A stretch of 63,930 nt of DNA, filler included, from Octopus bimaculoides (GCF_001194135.2; 9 parts of 7 records of this genome joined end to end with filler, not necessarily neighbours in it), one strand, 5' to 3'; positions 24,302-36,317 are shown, counted from the first letter of the whole stretch. Notes: generated from the letters alone by a model not told the origin. A program made the numbers and translations.

Positions 24302-24462
24302 TTATTATTATTATTCAGGTCACTGCCTGGAATAAACTCAGAATCTTGGGGTTAGTAGCCCGCGCTTTTAACCACTATGCCATATGCCCGTGGGCATATG
24401 GTGTAGTGGTTCAGAGCACGGGCTACTATCCCCAAGATTCCGAGTTTGATTCCAAGCAGTAA

Positions 24463-24480
<18 letters not shown>
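24302..24480. repeat. Head-to-head palindrome of a tRNA-like SINE head (about 80-bp arms, about 87% identity, 2-nt GT spacer) flanked by (TTA)n/(TAA)n
   Basis: CATATGCCC-GT-GGGCATATG centre at 24381-24400. Each arm has an A box (TGG(C/T)(A/G)TAGTGG) and a B box (GAGTTT(G)ATTCC). Confidence 0.92.
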
Positions 24481-24525
<45 letters not shown>

Positions 24526-24586
24526 TAATAATAATAACATCAAAAAATATCTCAGGAATGAGAACCCAGGTTCGAAATTTCCCCAA

Positions 24587-24632
24587 AACACCTGATGAAG
24601 GCTGGAGGGTATATCAGCCGAAATGTTGTGTT
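24587..24632 (+). ncRNA. Minimal type I hammerhead ribozyme motif (Penelope-type)
   Basis: Stem I AACAC/GTGTT; core CTGATGA at 24592-24598 plus one extra A; stem II GGCTG/CAGCC; GAAA at 24620-24623; stem III reduced to A-TG-T; GUU triplet with predicted cleavage after 24627. Confidence 0.75.
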
Positions 24633-25168
24633 AACAACAAACAAGATGAGGACAAATATCCGTCAAATGTAAATAATTTAAAGAAATAATTAGACGTAAA
24701 ATTATTAGAATTGGGAATCAAATGTGAAAATATTATCAAGGGGCTAGCAGAAAACTGCCCAGAGGGTGGTCTTTCTGCTAGTTGCTTCTAATGGAGAATA
24801 CTTTGAAGGCAATAAAAGTGTAAACATGTAAAACTAAGTGAATAAAATAATATTGCAAAATTCCGCTTTCTTTCATGAACCTCCTCATATATATAGGTGT
24901 GTATGTGTGTATATATATAATACAGTCCACATATAGATAATATTGATTATAATAACAATAACATTACAGTAATAATAGTAACAACAGTAGTAATAATAAT
25001 TATAATAACAATAATGACACAAATATAAATGCAAATGGAAATATTCCTATCATAAAATCTGATGTATATAATGGCAATAACACTAATACTAAACTTATTG
25101 GAATAAATACTAACTATAAGAAAATCTCATATAAAAATATAAATAGTAATAAAAATAAGACTAAGAAT

Positions 25169-25286
25169 TATGGAGATGTACTTGCATAGCAAGTGACCTG
25201 ATCTGAGATCGTGTGCTGAAGCAAAAACAATTGCAGCATAGAAGGTGTTTTTAAATGGCTTATAAACACCTTCCACGCTGCAACTG
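25169..25286. mobile_element. 118-bp fold-back retro-insertion with 13-bp TSD
   Basis: TAAGACTAAGAAT at 25156-25168 and 25287-25299; internal inverted duplication 25231-25283; homologous to 23170-23270. Confidence 0.8.
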
Positions 25287-25499
25287 TAAGACTAAGAATA
25301 AAAATGAAATACTTGATAGAAATAATTGTAATTATAATTAGAATTACAATAATAATAGCAAGGGTAAAAACTCAGATAGAACTAACACTAAACTGGACTG
25401 TAGTTTGAAGGTTAAGATTATAAAGGAAAATCACACCTGATAATAAAAATAAATATATACCTAATAAATATAAAACAGGCAATAATACCCACTTTTAAT

Positions 25500-26300
25500 A
25501 GAAATGATAAGTTATCTAATAATAATATACGGTTGATTTTTGCCTTTTGCAATGCAAATTAAAAGTAACTTGATAAAATCAATCCTTTCAATTATTAACA
25601 AGCATTTTAATAATAGGAATAGATATCATGAAATTATCAATAGTAAAACAATTAATATTGGATATAATTTAACCCATGACTTTGCAACTATTATATCTTC
25701 TATAAATAATAGGAAATTAGATATATTCTACTTGAATAGAAGTAATTCTAACAGGAATAGTAATAATAGTAATATTCTAAACCTCACTGTAATTAACCCT
25801 AATACCAATAATAACACACTTCTGCTGAACAGCACCAGTACTTACTATACGGTCCATCTACGTAACATTCCTAATAATAATAATACATATAATAGTTGTG
25901 ATTGTAGGATTAAAAGTAATTGCTTATTTAAAAACACATGTATGCATAAAAGCATAATATATCAATGCACTCTAACAGCACAGGGAATGACAAATTCTTA
26001 TATTGGAGCTACACAAAATGAGGTTAAAAAACGTATTGCCACTCATACTTTCAGGAATAAATATAAATCTAACTCTACACGACTAAGTAAATTTATTTGG
26101 GAATTAAAAGATAGGAAAATACAGTACGATTTGAAACATGAAATACTTTCCTCGGCACCTTCTTATTAAATTAATATGAAAAAATGTCTTTTATGCTTAA
26201 ATGAAAAATTATATATTCTCTCTGCAAAATACCCTATTTTTAATCTCAGAGATGAATACCATGCCCCTTGCATACACATGACTAAATTTGTATTTTCAAA
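25500..26300 (+). mobile_element. Penelope-like element 3' ORF fragment: RT-EN linker and GIY-YIG endonuclease, decayed
   Basis: IINKHF..YHEIINSKTINIGY, CDCRIKSNCLFKNTC, IIYQCTL...SYIGATQNEVKKRIATH, NSTRLSKFIWELKD and, after a stop, KCLLCLNEKLYIL...NLRDEYHAPCIH. Confidence 0.88.
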
Positions 26301-26448
26301 ATATGGATAAAATATTATATAGCTATTCTTATTCCTTATACTAACATGCATGTTTAAATTATATAACAGCTAACTTACACCTTTCCCTTACTGCTTTATG
26401 GTATGTAAACCCCTCTTAAAGGTTCCCATTTTATATTTAATCTTTACC

Positions 26449-26490
<42 letters not shown>

Positions 26491-26689
26491 NNNNNNNNNN
26501 NNNNNNNNNNNNNNNNNNNNNNNNNNNNNNNNNNTTAATTAATTAANNNNNNNNNNNNNNNNNNNNNNNNNNNNNNNNNNNNNNNNNNNNTACATACATG
26601 CATACACACACACGCACACACACATATATAATGTATGTATGTATGTATGTATAATATATGTGTGTGTGTGTGTAAGTTAAAAATGATAT

Positions 26690-27290
26690 AATAAATGCAG
26701 AACCCAACGGAAAACAGATACAGGTCGCCAAATCCTCATCGGTTATCGGCCAAAGGATCAACGCAATTTCGTGCCTTCAAACGATAGTATTGAACCCCTC
26801 AAATGGCGCCGGATGCGAGTAGCCCCCTAGACATGGTGAGCCAACAAACAAGGGACCAAACAGGACAGAAAGGGAATAAACAATCAAGAAATGCACAAAT
26901 ACAGAAAGTGAACATACAAGCATGAAATAAATGTGATTCAGGATGAGACCAATAGTGTACAGACGAGGGACAAAGATGAAAACAAACAAGACCAAATATG
27001 GACATACGAACAAAATGAAACAAATAAAGAGAATAGGGCCTTAGGGTCAGACAGGAGATGAAAATTTGGTTAACGCCAGGAAGTATATCCTAAACGATTC
27101 GAAACAGACGGACAACAAAGAGACAGCGAAACGTGCTGAAAGTGGGAGACGAGAGAAAATACGACCAGTCGCTTCGGCGATTGGCTTGAAAAGGGAAAGA
27201 GAATTAAAGATGACGATGACCACGAGTCACGTGTCAGTAGTAGAAGGGAGAAAAGTGGTAGAGGGCAGAGAGAGAGACACACAGACACAT
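26690..27290. repeat. Unassigned interspersed repeat, purine-rich on +, related to 50690-51100
   Basis: Shared motif GTCACGTGT(C/G)AGTA followed by GA-rich sequence at about 27225 and 50935; similar composition. Confidence 0.4.
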
Positions 27291-27454
27291 ACATACATTC
27301 TAACCTAGAATCAAGGCTCCTTCATTGGAATTTCAACAACATCAACAGGGTATTTTTGCATGTAGGTGTGTACATGTGCAGTATTTGGAGTATTTGTGCA
27401 TCTGTATACAATAATGATAATATTGAATCAAGCACAAAGGTTCTTCCTGTAACC

Positions 27455-27690
27455 ATCGGAGTACTGGGTTCAAGACCGCCCAACCTGTACTTTTTAGAAA
27501 TACACTACCATCTTGGTGTATTGCAAAAATCGGTTTTACTTGGAACTGCACGCATACTGTGCAAAATACTGTCTGTCTGAGGTCCTTGTTGTGACTTGAC
27601 AGACAGTACAAATCCCCGGTACTCACACAATCTTCAACATTACAACATTAGATACTGTTTGATGTCTTCAATAATAATAATGATGTTGTG
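27455..27690 (+). mobile_element. R4/Dong-like LINE extreme 3' end
   Basis: VLPVTIGVLG...LQKSVLLGTARILCKILSV*, then a short 3' UTR and (AAT)n. Confidence 0.8.
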
Positions 27691-27859
27691 TGGAGGTAGA
27701 ACATCCCTATTGGTTGACTCCTAGTGGACTGTGCCACAACATGAATGGACATACGCAGAGAGTCTTCAGTAGAGTGTAAAGCCGAGAGTTGCGTATTGTC
27801 GACGGTTATTACTGGTATCTTGAGTAGAACGATTTGCAACGACATTATTATTATCCCGT

Positions 27860-28286
27860 TATATCGTACGTCGAATGTGCGACCTTAACCAGTTGAGCAT
27901 GTCTCTTGGTGGCTGACGATATGTGCATCTCTGATCATGAGCAGAAGTAGTGGGGGAGCATCATAGCCATGTGTTGAGAGGAATTCTTCAGGGTTTGAAT
28001 AATTCACCTTTGGAAACACGGGTGTTTTGCTCAACATCCTGAAACAAACCTTATTCAGGGACCTTTTGAGCGGGATGGGCTACTCGACCTGAAGAAAATT
28101 CTAACTGGGCCCCACCTGCGAGGTCATGCGCTGTTTATCTTGATATGAGATCACCATGTCGCGCACATATGGTTGTGATGCATGTACCTGGTGTACCCTT
28201 ATCAGACGGGTAGTCATGATGGGTATAATGGGCTTCGTATATTTTACCCCAGTGTCACTTTGATGGCATGCACCGCTCTCTCACTC

Positions 28287-28350
<64 letters not shown>
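27860..28350 (+). mobile_element. Unassigned SINE-like or LINE-tail retroelement ending in (AAT)n
   Basis: GC-elevated 400-bp block ending CTCTCTCACTC followed by a long (AAT)n tail; no ORF similarity recognised. Confidence 0.45.
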
Positions 28351-28399
28351 GTAACAATAATATGTTTCTATATTGGCCACACAGGGCTGAACACAGAGG

Positions 28400-29054
28400 G
28401 GACAAAATGCAAAGTAGGGATTTTCTTTTTAGGAAGAAAAAGAGAAAAAAAAGTGGGTCGAATTTCGATCAAAAAGGATCGTGAAAAAAAAAAGCCGATC
28501 AATAGGGATCGTGTATCACAGAAATGTCAATGTAAAAAGGGAAAACAGATTAGGTTTAGCCGTAGAAAGAAAAGCCTACGGAAAAGACCACAGTAATCTT
28601 GGGCAAAAATGTCATGCAAAAAAAAAACATATTACAGTAAGTGACTCTTTTTCCCTTTCTTTTTTTGGTTCATAGGATTATGCTCAAGGTGGCTCCTTGC
28701 TTACGTTTACCCATTTTTTTTAAACATTCACTACACAAAACTTCCCTCTCTACTCTCACCAGTCCTCTTCAAGTGATACTTGATAGTTGAGAGATTGACC
28801 AGAGAGGAAAGTGTTTGTCCCTAGACCTTTCAGACGCGTCCACCATACACATTCTTTCACCATAGCCACAAGTACAATAAAAACAGCTCTTCCTTCCCGT
28901 TTCAAGGAAGGAGGCGCGACAATATTCACGATAGACTCGGTTAATAAACTGACTCGTCCTACACGCGATAGCAGAGTCGTTCGACATAGGCCCACGGGTC
29001 GGAAATTGTTGGACACTGTACGAATGTGTGCAGGAAGGTTTCGTCGCTCTGACC
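28400..29054 (-). mobile_element. Tx1/L1-like LINE 3' end (zinc knuckle region plus probable 3' UTR)
   Basis: Minus strand GQSDETFLHTFVQCP...W and LVAMVKECVWWTRLK; truncated by the gap. Confidence 0.65.
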
Positions 29055-30050
29055 NNNNNNNNNNNNNNNNNNNNNNNNNNNNNNNNNNNNNNNNNNNNNN
29101 NNNNNNNNNNNNNNNNNNNNNNNNNNNNNNNNNNNNNNNNNNNNNNNNNNNNNNNNNNNNNNNNNNNNNNNNNNNNNNNNNNNNNNNNNNNNNNNNNNNN
29201 NNNNNNNNNNNNNNNNNNNNNNNNNNNNNNNNNNNNNNNNNNNNNNNNNNNNNNNNNNNNNNNNNNNNNNNNNNNNNNNNNNNNNNNNNNNNNNNNNNNN
29301 NNNNNNNNNNNNNNNNNNNNNNNNNNNNNNNNNNNNNNNNNNNNNNNNNNNNNNNNNNNNNNNNNNNNNNNNNNNNNNNNNNNNNNNNNNNNNNNNNNNN
29401 NNNNNNNNNNNNNNNNNNNNNNNNNNNNNNNNNNNNNNNNNNNNNNNNNNNNNNNNNNNNNNNNNNNNNNNNNNNNNNNNNNNNNNNNNNNNNNNNNNNN
29501 NNNNNNNNNNNNNNNNNNNNNNNNNNNNNNNNNNNNNNNNNNNNNNNNNNNNNNNNNNNNNNNNNNNNNNNNNNNNNNNNNNNNNNNNNNNNNNNNNNNN
29601 NNNNNNNNNNNNNNNNNNNNNNNNNNNNNNNNNNNNNNNNNNNNNNNNNNNNNNNNNNNNNNNNNNNNNNNNNNNNNNNNNNNNNNNNNNNNNNNNNNNN
29701 NNNNNNNNNNNNNNNNNNNNNNNNNNNNNNNNNNNNNNNNNNNNNNNNNNNNNNNNNNNNNNNNNNNNNNNNNNNNNNNNNNNNNNNNNNNNNNNNNNNN
29801 NNNNNNNNNNNNNNNNNNNNNNNNNNNNNNNNNNNNNNNNNNNNNNNNNNNNNNNNNNNNNNNNNNNNNNNNNNNNNNNNNNNNNNNNNNNNNNNNNNNN
29901 NNNNNNNNNNNNNNNNNNNNNNNNNNNNNNNNNNNNNNNNNNNNNNNNNNNNNNNNNNNNNNNNNNNNNNNNNNNNNNNNNNNNNNNNNNNNNNNNNNNN
30001 NNNNNNNNNNNNNNNNNNNNNNNNNNNNNNNNNNNNNNNNNNNNNNNNNT

Positions 30051-30063
30051 ATTATTATTATTA

Positions 30064-30135
<72 letters not shown>

Positions 30136-30213
30136 CATTATTATCATTATTATTATCATTATTATTATTATTATTATTATTATCATTATTATTATTATTA
30201 TCATCATCATCAA
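30051..30213. repeat. Long (ATT/ATC)n microsatellite
   Basis: Direct reading. One of dozens of (CA)n, (TA)n, (GA)n, (TAA)n, (TATG)n and (TATC)n tracts, many abutting gaps. Confidence 0.95.
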
Positions 30214-30282
30214 TATGCCAACTTTTTGCACGTACGTACCTGTGGTGTGTGTCACGCTTACTTCATAGGAAGAAGTGAGTGG

Positions 30283-30330
<48 letters not shown>

Positions 30331-31805
30331 AAGAGAGAGTGAAAGAGACAGTGAGTGGTTATGGTGTTCATTTTGTGTTTTTATATGTTTATCGCATAGC
30401 AAGAAAAGTAGATACATAGATCTAAAGAAAAGTTGACACATAGATACATACACACATTGTTAAATTAAAAGCAGGAGAGAGGAGGGACACAGATGAAGTG
30501 AGAGAGAGAGAGAGAAAGTGAGAGAGACAGTAGATACATAGATCGAAAGAAAAGTTGAGACAAATACATAGACACGTTGTTAAATCAAAGACAACTACAG
30601 CAAATATTGGATGTCACTTTCACTTTTCATTATCACACGAGGATAAAATTACCTCGCAAGTGGCTGAGTACTCTATAGACATGTATATCATTAATGTAGT
30701 TCTCTGGGAGATTCAACCTCACACGGAATATGACAAGGATGGCCCCTTTGAATTACGTCTGCGATTTGATGAGGGATGGTGATAGGGGTAATTGAGGAAT
30801 TGGATGCTGATGTTGCTGCTGCCGTTGCCGCTGTCACCGTTGTCGCAGCTATTTTACTGTTGCTGCTGTAGCTGCTGTTTTGCTGCTGTTACCGCTGTTG
30901 CTGCTGTTTTTTCCGTAGTTGCTGCTGTTGCCCTTGTTCCCGTTCCTGTTGCTGTTTTTGTTACTGCTACTGTTGTTACTGTTGTTGTAACTGCTGCTGT
31001 TGTTGCTGCCGATGCTGCTGAATAGTGTTCCTTATTTGACACTAAACAGACACGGATAAACCCCGGCCCGCAGGGACTTTCTAAATGTTACACCTAACGA
31101 AAAGTTGAGTATTTTGGTAGTGCATCTCCATAAAGGTTACCGTGCCTGGTTAAAAGCAATCATTCAATGTAGCGGCCCAAATCCCTCATATGGCACACTT
31201 ATATCCGAAAACGCGGTCCTAAAAATATAATTTGTCTGAAAATAAGTCGAGATTACCACGACTGGAACGCCGTCAATGAAAGGTCAACTCGATAAGCGTA
31301 GGCAAAGATGAAACAGTAACTGAATTCTTCCTCGACTCTTAGAAAATTCTAGGTTGTCATTGTACCTGTTAGAAATAGCACCCAAATAACTCTCGTAGTC
31401 ACTTCTTACAATGTTTAAAGCAGGACATGGTGAAAACTGTAGACTAGGGCCCATTGGTCATTAAAATCTATTGGGTAGTCGAAACTTGAGCGCCGTTGAT
31501 CATAGAAGCGGTTTGGGAGACGGTTTTCGGGCCGGTTTTGGGGTCGGTTCTTTGCTCCATCTGGGCCGGTTTGGGAGCTCAACAGGAATAACAACAACAG
31601 CAACAACAATCTTATCTCTCCCGAACTTGTGTATCCTTTTATCTTTTACTTGTTTCAGTCATTAGACTGCGGCCACGCTGGGGCACCGCCTTGAAGAATT
31701 CTTAATCGAATATATTAACCCAAGTACATTAATGTGTGTGTATGCGTGCGTGAGTGCGCGCGCGTGTGTGCGTGCGTGAGTGCGCGCGCGTGTGTGCGTG
31801 TGTGT

Positions 31806-32165
31806 TGTGGTAAGTAGCTTGTTTACCAGCCACATGGTTCCTGGTTTAGTCCAACTGCGTTGCACCTTGGGCAAGTGTCTTCTACTACAGCTTCGGGTCG
31901 ACCAAAGCTTTGTGAGTGGATTTGGTAGACGGAAACTGAAAGAAGCCCGTCATAAATATATGTACGTACGTGTGTGTATATGTTTGTTCCCCTCCCCACA
32001 ACATCGCTTGGCAACCGATGCTGGTGTGTTTACGCAAATTAACGGTTCGATAGAATAAATACTAGGCTTACAAAGAATAAATCCTGGGGTCGATTTGCTC
32101 GACTAAAGGCGGTGCTCCAGCATGGCCACAGTCAAATGACTGAAAGAAATAAAAGAATAAAAGAA
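31806..32165 (+). mobile_element. SINE family A, full length
   Basis: Head, body and tail match 7231-7548; ends (AAAGAAT)n. An inverted 3' fragment lies at 31635-31730. Confidence 0.88.
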
Positions 32166-33304
32166 TAGACATGGCCTGGGCCTATACTGGCCGAAACCTA
32201 TCAAAGTTATATANNNNNNNNNNNNNNNNNNNNNNNNNNNNNNNNNNNNNNNNNNNNNNNNNNNNNNNNNNNNNNNNNNNNNNNNNNNNNNNNNNNNNNN
32301 NNNNNNNNNNNNNNNNNNNNNNNNNNNNNNNNNNNNNNNNNNNNNNNNNNNNNNNNNNNNNNNNNNNNNNNNNNNNNNNNNNNNNNNNNNNNNNNNNNNN
32401 NNNNNNNNNNNNNNNNNNNNNNNNNNNNNNNNNNNNNNNNNNNNNNNNNNNNNNNNNNNNNNNNNNNNNNNNNNNNNNNNNNNNNNNNNNNNNNNNNNNN
32501 NNNNNNNNNNNNNNNNNNNNNNNNNNNNNNNNNNNNNNNNNNNNNNNNNNNNNNNNNNNNNNNNNNNNNNNNNNNNNNNNNNNNNNNNNNNNNNNNNNNN
32601 NNNNNNNNNNNNNNNNNNNNNNNNNNNNNNNNNNNNNNNNNNNNNNNNNNNNNNNNNNNNNNNNNNNNNNNNNNTATATATATATATATATATTAGAATC
32701 AAGAATAAAATCTTTATAGCTAGCATTTAAAAAACCAATTAAGTTAAAAATTAATACAAAGTGTCTATGTGATAGGTAAAGTAGTTTAGAGCCATGTGGG
32801 GCCTTCTTCTACCACGTGGTATTACTTAGTAGTTGCCCTTATTATAATTTTATAATTACATTTATGACATTATACACTTTGTACATATATATATATATAT
32901 ATATATATACGCACACATTCTAAAACGTACATATCTGAGTCTGTCGTAGGTCAACCAACCCGTTAAAATGTAACTCCCTGTTGAGAAAATTCTTCCCTGA
33001 TGAAATAATAACCAGTTTCATTATGAAAATTTAATTTAATTTCTGTTATTGAATTAATTGAGTATGGCAACAGCTGTAGGACTGAAATTTCATTAATTTG
33101 GTTTTGAATATCTTTGAATAAACTGACATCTGCATGTCAATTTTTCCATTTTCTTCCTTTTCTCATATATGTATATATATATGTATGTATATATATATAT
33201 TTTATGTGTATATGTATTATATATGTATATATGTATTATATGTGTATATATGTTTTATATATATACATGTATACATACACACACATCCATACATATACAT
33301 ATAT

Positions 33305-33538
33305 AAGGCGGCGAGCTGGCAGAAACGTTAGCACGTCGGGCGAAATGCTTAGCGGTATTTCGTCTGCCGCTACGTTCTGAGTTCAAATTCCGCCGAGGTC
33401 GACTTTGCCTTTCATCCTTTCGGGGTCGATTAAATAAGTACCAGTTAAGCACTGGGGGTCGATGTAATCGACTTAATCCGTTCGTCTGTCCTTGTTTGTC
33501 ACCTCTGTGTGTAGCCCGTTGTGGGTAGTAAAGAAATA
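33305..33538 (+). mobile_element. SINE family B, full length, little decayed
   Basis: AAGGCGGCGAGCTGGCAGAAACGTTAGCAC...GAGTTCAAATTCC...GTGGGTAGTAAAGAAATA. Confidence 0.9.
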
Positions 33539-33604
33539 ACATGCATATACATATATATATATATATATATATACATACATACACACACACATATGTATAT
33601 ATGT

Positions 33605-33862
33605 GTGTCTGTGTGTCTTTGTGTCTATATTTGCGTTTACACCCCTCCCCAACGTTTGACAACCAGTGTTGGTTCGCTTACATTCCCATAAAATAGCAGT
33701 TCGGCAAATAAGACCGAGGGAATAAGTACTAGACTTGAAAAAAGAACAAAAACAAAAAAATAATAACCCCTCCTCAAAATAAAAAACACAAGTAATTAGT
33801 GGGTGGCGGTCGATGCTCCAGCATGGTCGCAATCCAATGACGGAAATAAGTAAAAGAAAGAT
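33605..33862 (+). mobile_element. SINE family A, 3' half
   Basis: TTGACAACCAGTGTTGG...GAATAAGTACTAG...CTCCAGCATGGTCGCA..AATGAC.GAAATAAG. Minus-strand 3' fragments lie at 37034-37150 and 40800-41005. Confidence 0.7.
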
Positions 33863-34127
33863 AAAAGACCCTATTGGCTGCTTTTTCATTTGTTTATGTA
33901 TTTATTTGTTTNNNNNNNNNNNNNNNNNNNNNNNNNNNNNNNNNNNNNNNNNNNNNNNNNNNNNNNNNNNNNNNNNNNNNNNNNNNNNNNNNNNNNNNNN
34001 NNNNNNNNNNNNNNNNNNNNNNNNNNNNNNNNNNNNNNNNNNNNNNNNNNNNNNNNNNNNNNNNNNNNNNNNNNNNNNNNNNNNNNNNNNNNNNNNNNNN
34101 NNTGCGTATGTTTATGTGTATGTGCGT

Positions 34128-34163
<36 letters not shown>

Positions 34164-34614
34164 GTGTATCTGTGCGTGTGTGTGCGTGTGTTGACAGAAG
34201 GTCTTGAAATGGGAACTGAAATTTGAAACCGTGCCACCGTGATTTGCAGCCGGATATTCACCTTCCGTCTTCTGACTCATCAGTTAATGCAACTCACAAG
34301 CACTCACAAACAAACACACTAAACACACACACGCACATACACTCACGCACACACACACGCACACACATACACATACAAACACAAACACACAAATAGACAG
34401 ACAGTGAAAAAGATCTTTAAACATAAAAAAAACCCACTGCCACCATCTTTGTTTCCATTTAACACTCCCGAATGCCTTCCACTTACCTGTCTATTATTTA
34501 CTTCCTTTACACATCTGTATACCTACCTGTATATCTACCTGACTGTCTGATTATCTGTCTGCTCGTCTTTCTAAGTAAATGTTAACTCTCTATCTATCTA
34601 TCTATCTATCTATG

Positions 34615-34653
<39 letters not shown>

Positions 34654-34703
34654 TAGTCTGTCTGTTTGTTTGTCTATCTAATCTCTCTCTCTCTCTCTCT
34701 CTC

Positions 34704-34746
<43 letters not shown>

Positions 34747-36264
34747 NNNNNNNNNNNNNNNNNNNNNNNNNNNNNNNNNNNNNNNNNNNNNNNNNNNNNN
34801 NNNNNNNNNNNNNNNNNNNNNNNNNNNNNNNNNNNNNNNNNNNNNNNNNNNNNNNNNNNNNNNNNNNNNNNNNNNNNNNNNNNNNNNNNNNNNNNNNNNN
34901 NNNNNNNNNNNNNNNNNNNNNNNNNNNNNNNNNNNNNNNNNNNNNNNNNNNNNNNNNNNNNNNNNNNNNNNNNNNNNNNNNNNNNNNNNNNNNNNNNNNN
35001 NNNNNNNNNNNNNNNNNNNNNNNNNNNNNNNNNNNNNNNNNNNNNNNNNNNNNNNNNNNNNNNNNNNNNNNNNNNNNNNNNNNNNNNNNNNNNNNNNNNN
35101 NNNNNNNNNNNNNNNNNNNNNNNNNNNNNNNNNNNNNNNNNNNNNNNNNNNNNNNNNNNNNNNNNNNNNNNNNNNNNNNNNNNNNNNNNNNNNNNNNNNN
35201 NNNNNNNNNNNNNNNNNNNNNNNNNNNNNNNNNNNNNNNNNNNNNNNNNNNNNNNNNNNNNNNNNNNNNNNNNNNNNNNNNNNNNNNNNNNNNNNNNNNN
35301 NNNNNNNNNNNNNNNNNNNNNNNNNNNNNNNNNNNNNNNNNNNNNNNNNNNNNNNNNNNNNNNNNNNNNNNNNNNNNNNNNNNNNNNNNNNNNNNNNNNN
35401 NNNNNNNNNNNNNNNNNNNNNNNNNNNNNNNNNNNNNNNNNNNNNNNNNNNNNNNNNNNNNNNNNNNNNNNNNNNNNNNNNNNNNNNNNNNNNNNNNNNN
35501 NNNNNNNNNNNNNNNNNNNNNNNNNNNNNNNNNNNNNNNNNNNNNNNNNNNNNNNNNNNNNNNNNNNNNNNNNNNNNNNNNNNNNNNNNNNNNNNNNNNN
35601 NNNNNNNNNNNNNNNNNNNNNNNNNNNNNNNNNNNNNNNNNNNNNNNNNNNNNNNNNNNNNNNNNNNNNNNNNNNNNNNNNNNNNNNNNNNNNNNNNNNN
35701 NNNNNNTGTAAAAAATGACTAGGAATGTCTTTTTTGATAATTTTCCCACTTTAGTAAATAAATGTTTATAAATAATTACCTAATCATTTATAAACATTCC
35801 TGTTCCTATTAATTTTCTCAAATGTATAACACTACCGAGGACTTCCTATTTTTAATTCTACTGTACACACACATGCGCGCGCGCGCACACACACACACAC
35901 GAACACACACACACACACACAAACACACGCACACACATACACATGTATGCAAGAGTTATTAGTGAGGGCTTGTTAATCTGAACAAAATAAATACTCTATA
36001 GGCTATTAGTAGACCAGGCTAACAATATTGTTTCAGATTAGTAAAGGACTCCGAGCATTGGCAGGGTCTAAGATTAAAGTTCATCCCCATTCTATATTGT
36101 AAATCAGTGGTTGTATTCCAGTTAATTTGGCTTTTACACGGAGTGATATACAAGACAAAGCATAAATAATAGTTATTACATATGCAGTAAATTTGACATA
36201 AAACAAATGCAATGATCATTGCTTATATCCTGTAACACACACATACACACAAATATATATATAC

Positions 36265-36317
<53 letters not shown>

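Noticed and set aside
24392-24470. Functional tRNA gene
   Set aside because: A/B boxes and a short anticodon-like stem are present, but there is no proper acceptor stem and it is embedded in a palindrome with repeat tails; it is a SINE-type head.
32990-33035. CTGATGA...ATAAT/ATTAT-GAAA hammerhead-like match
   Set aside because: Weak AU-only stem II, extra core bases and no stem I; likely by chance in AT-rich DNA.
34225-34290. Minus-strand CTGATGAGTCAG hammerhead-like match
   Set aside because: No GAAA and no proper stem II closure.
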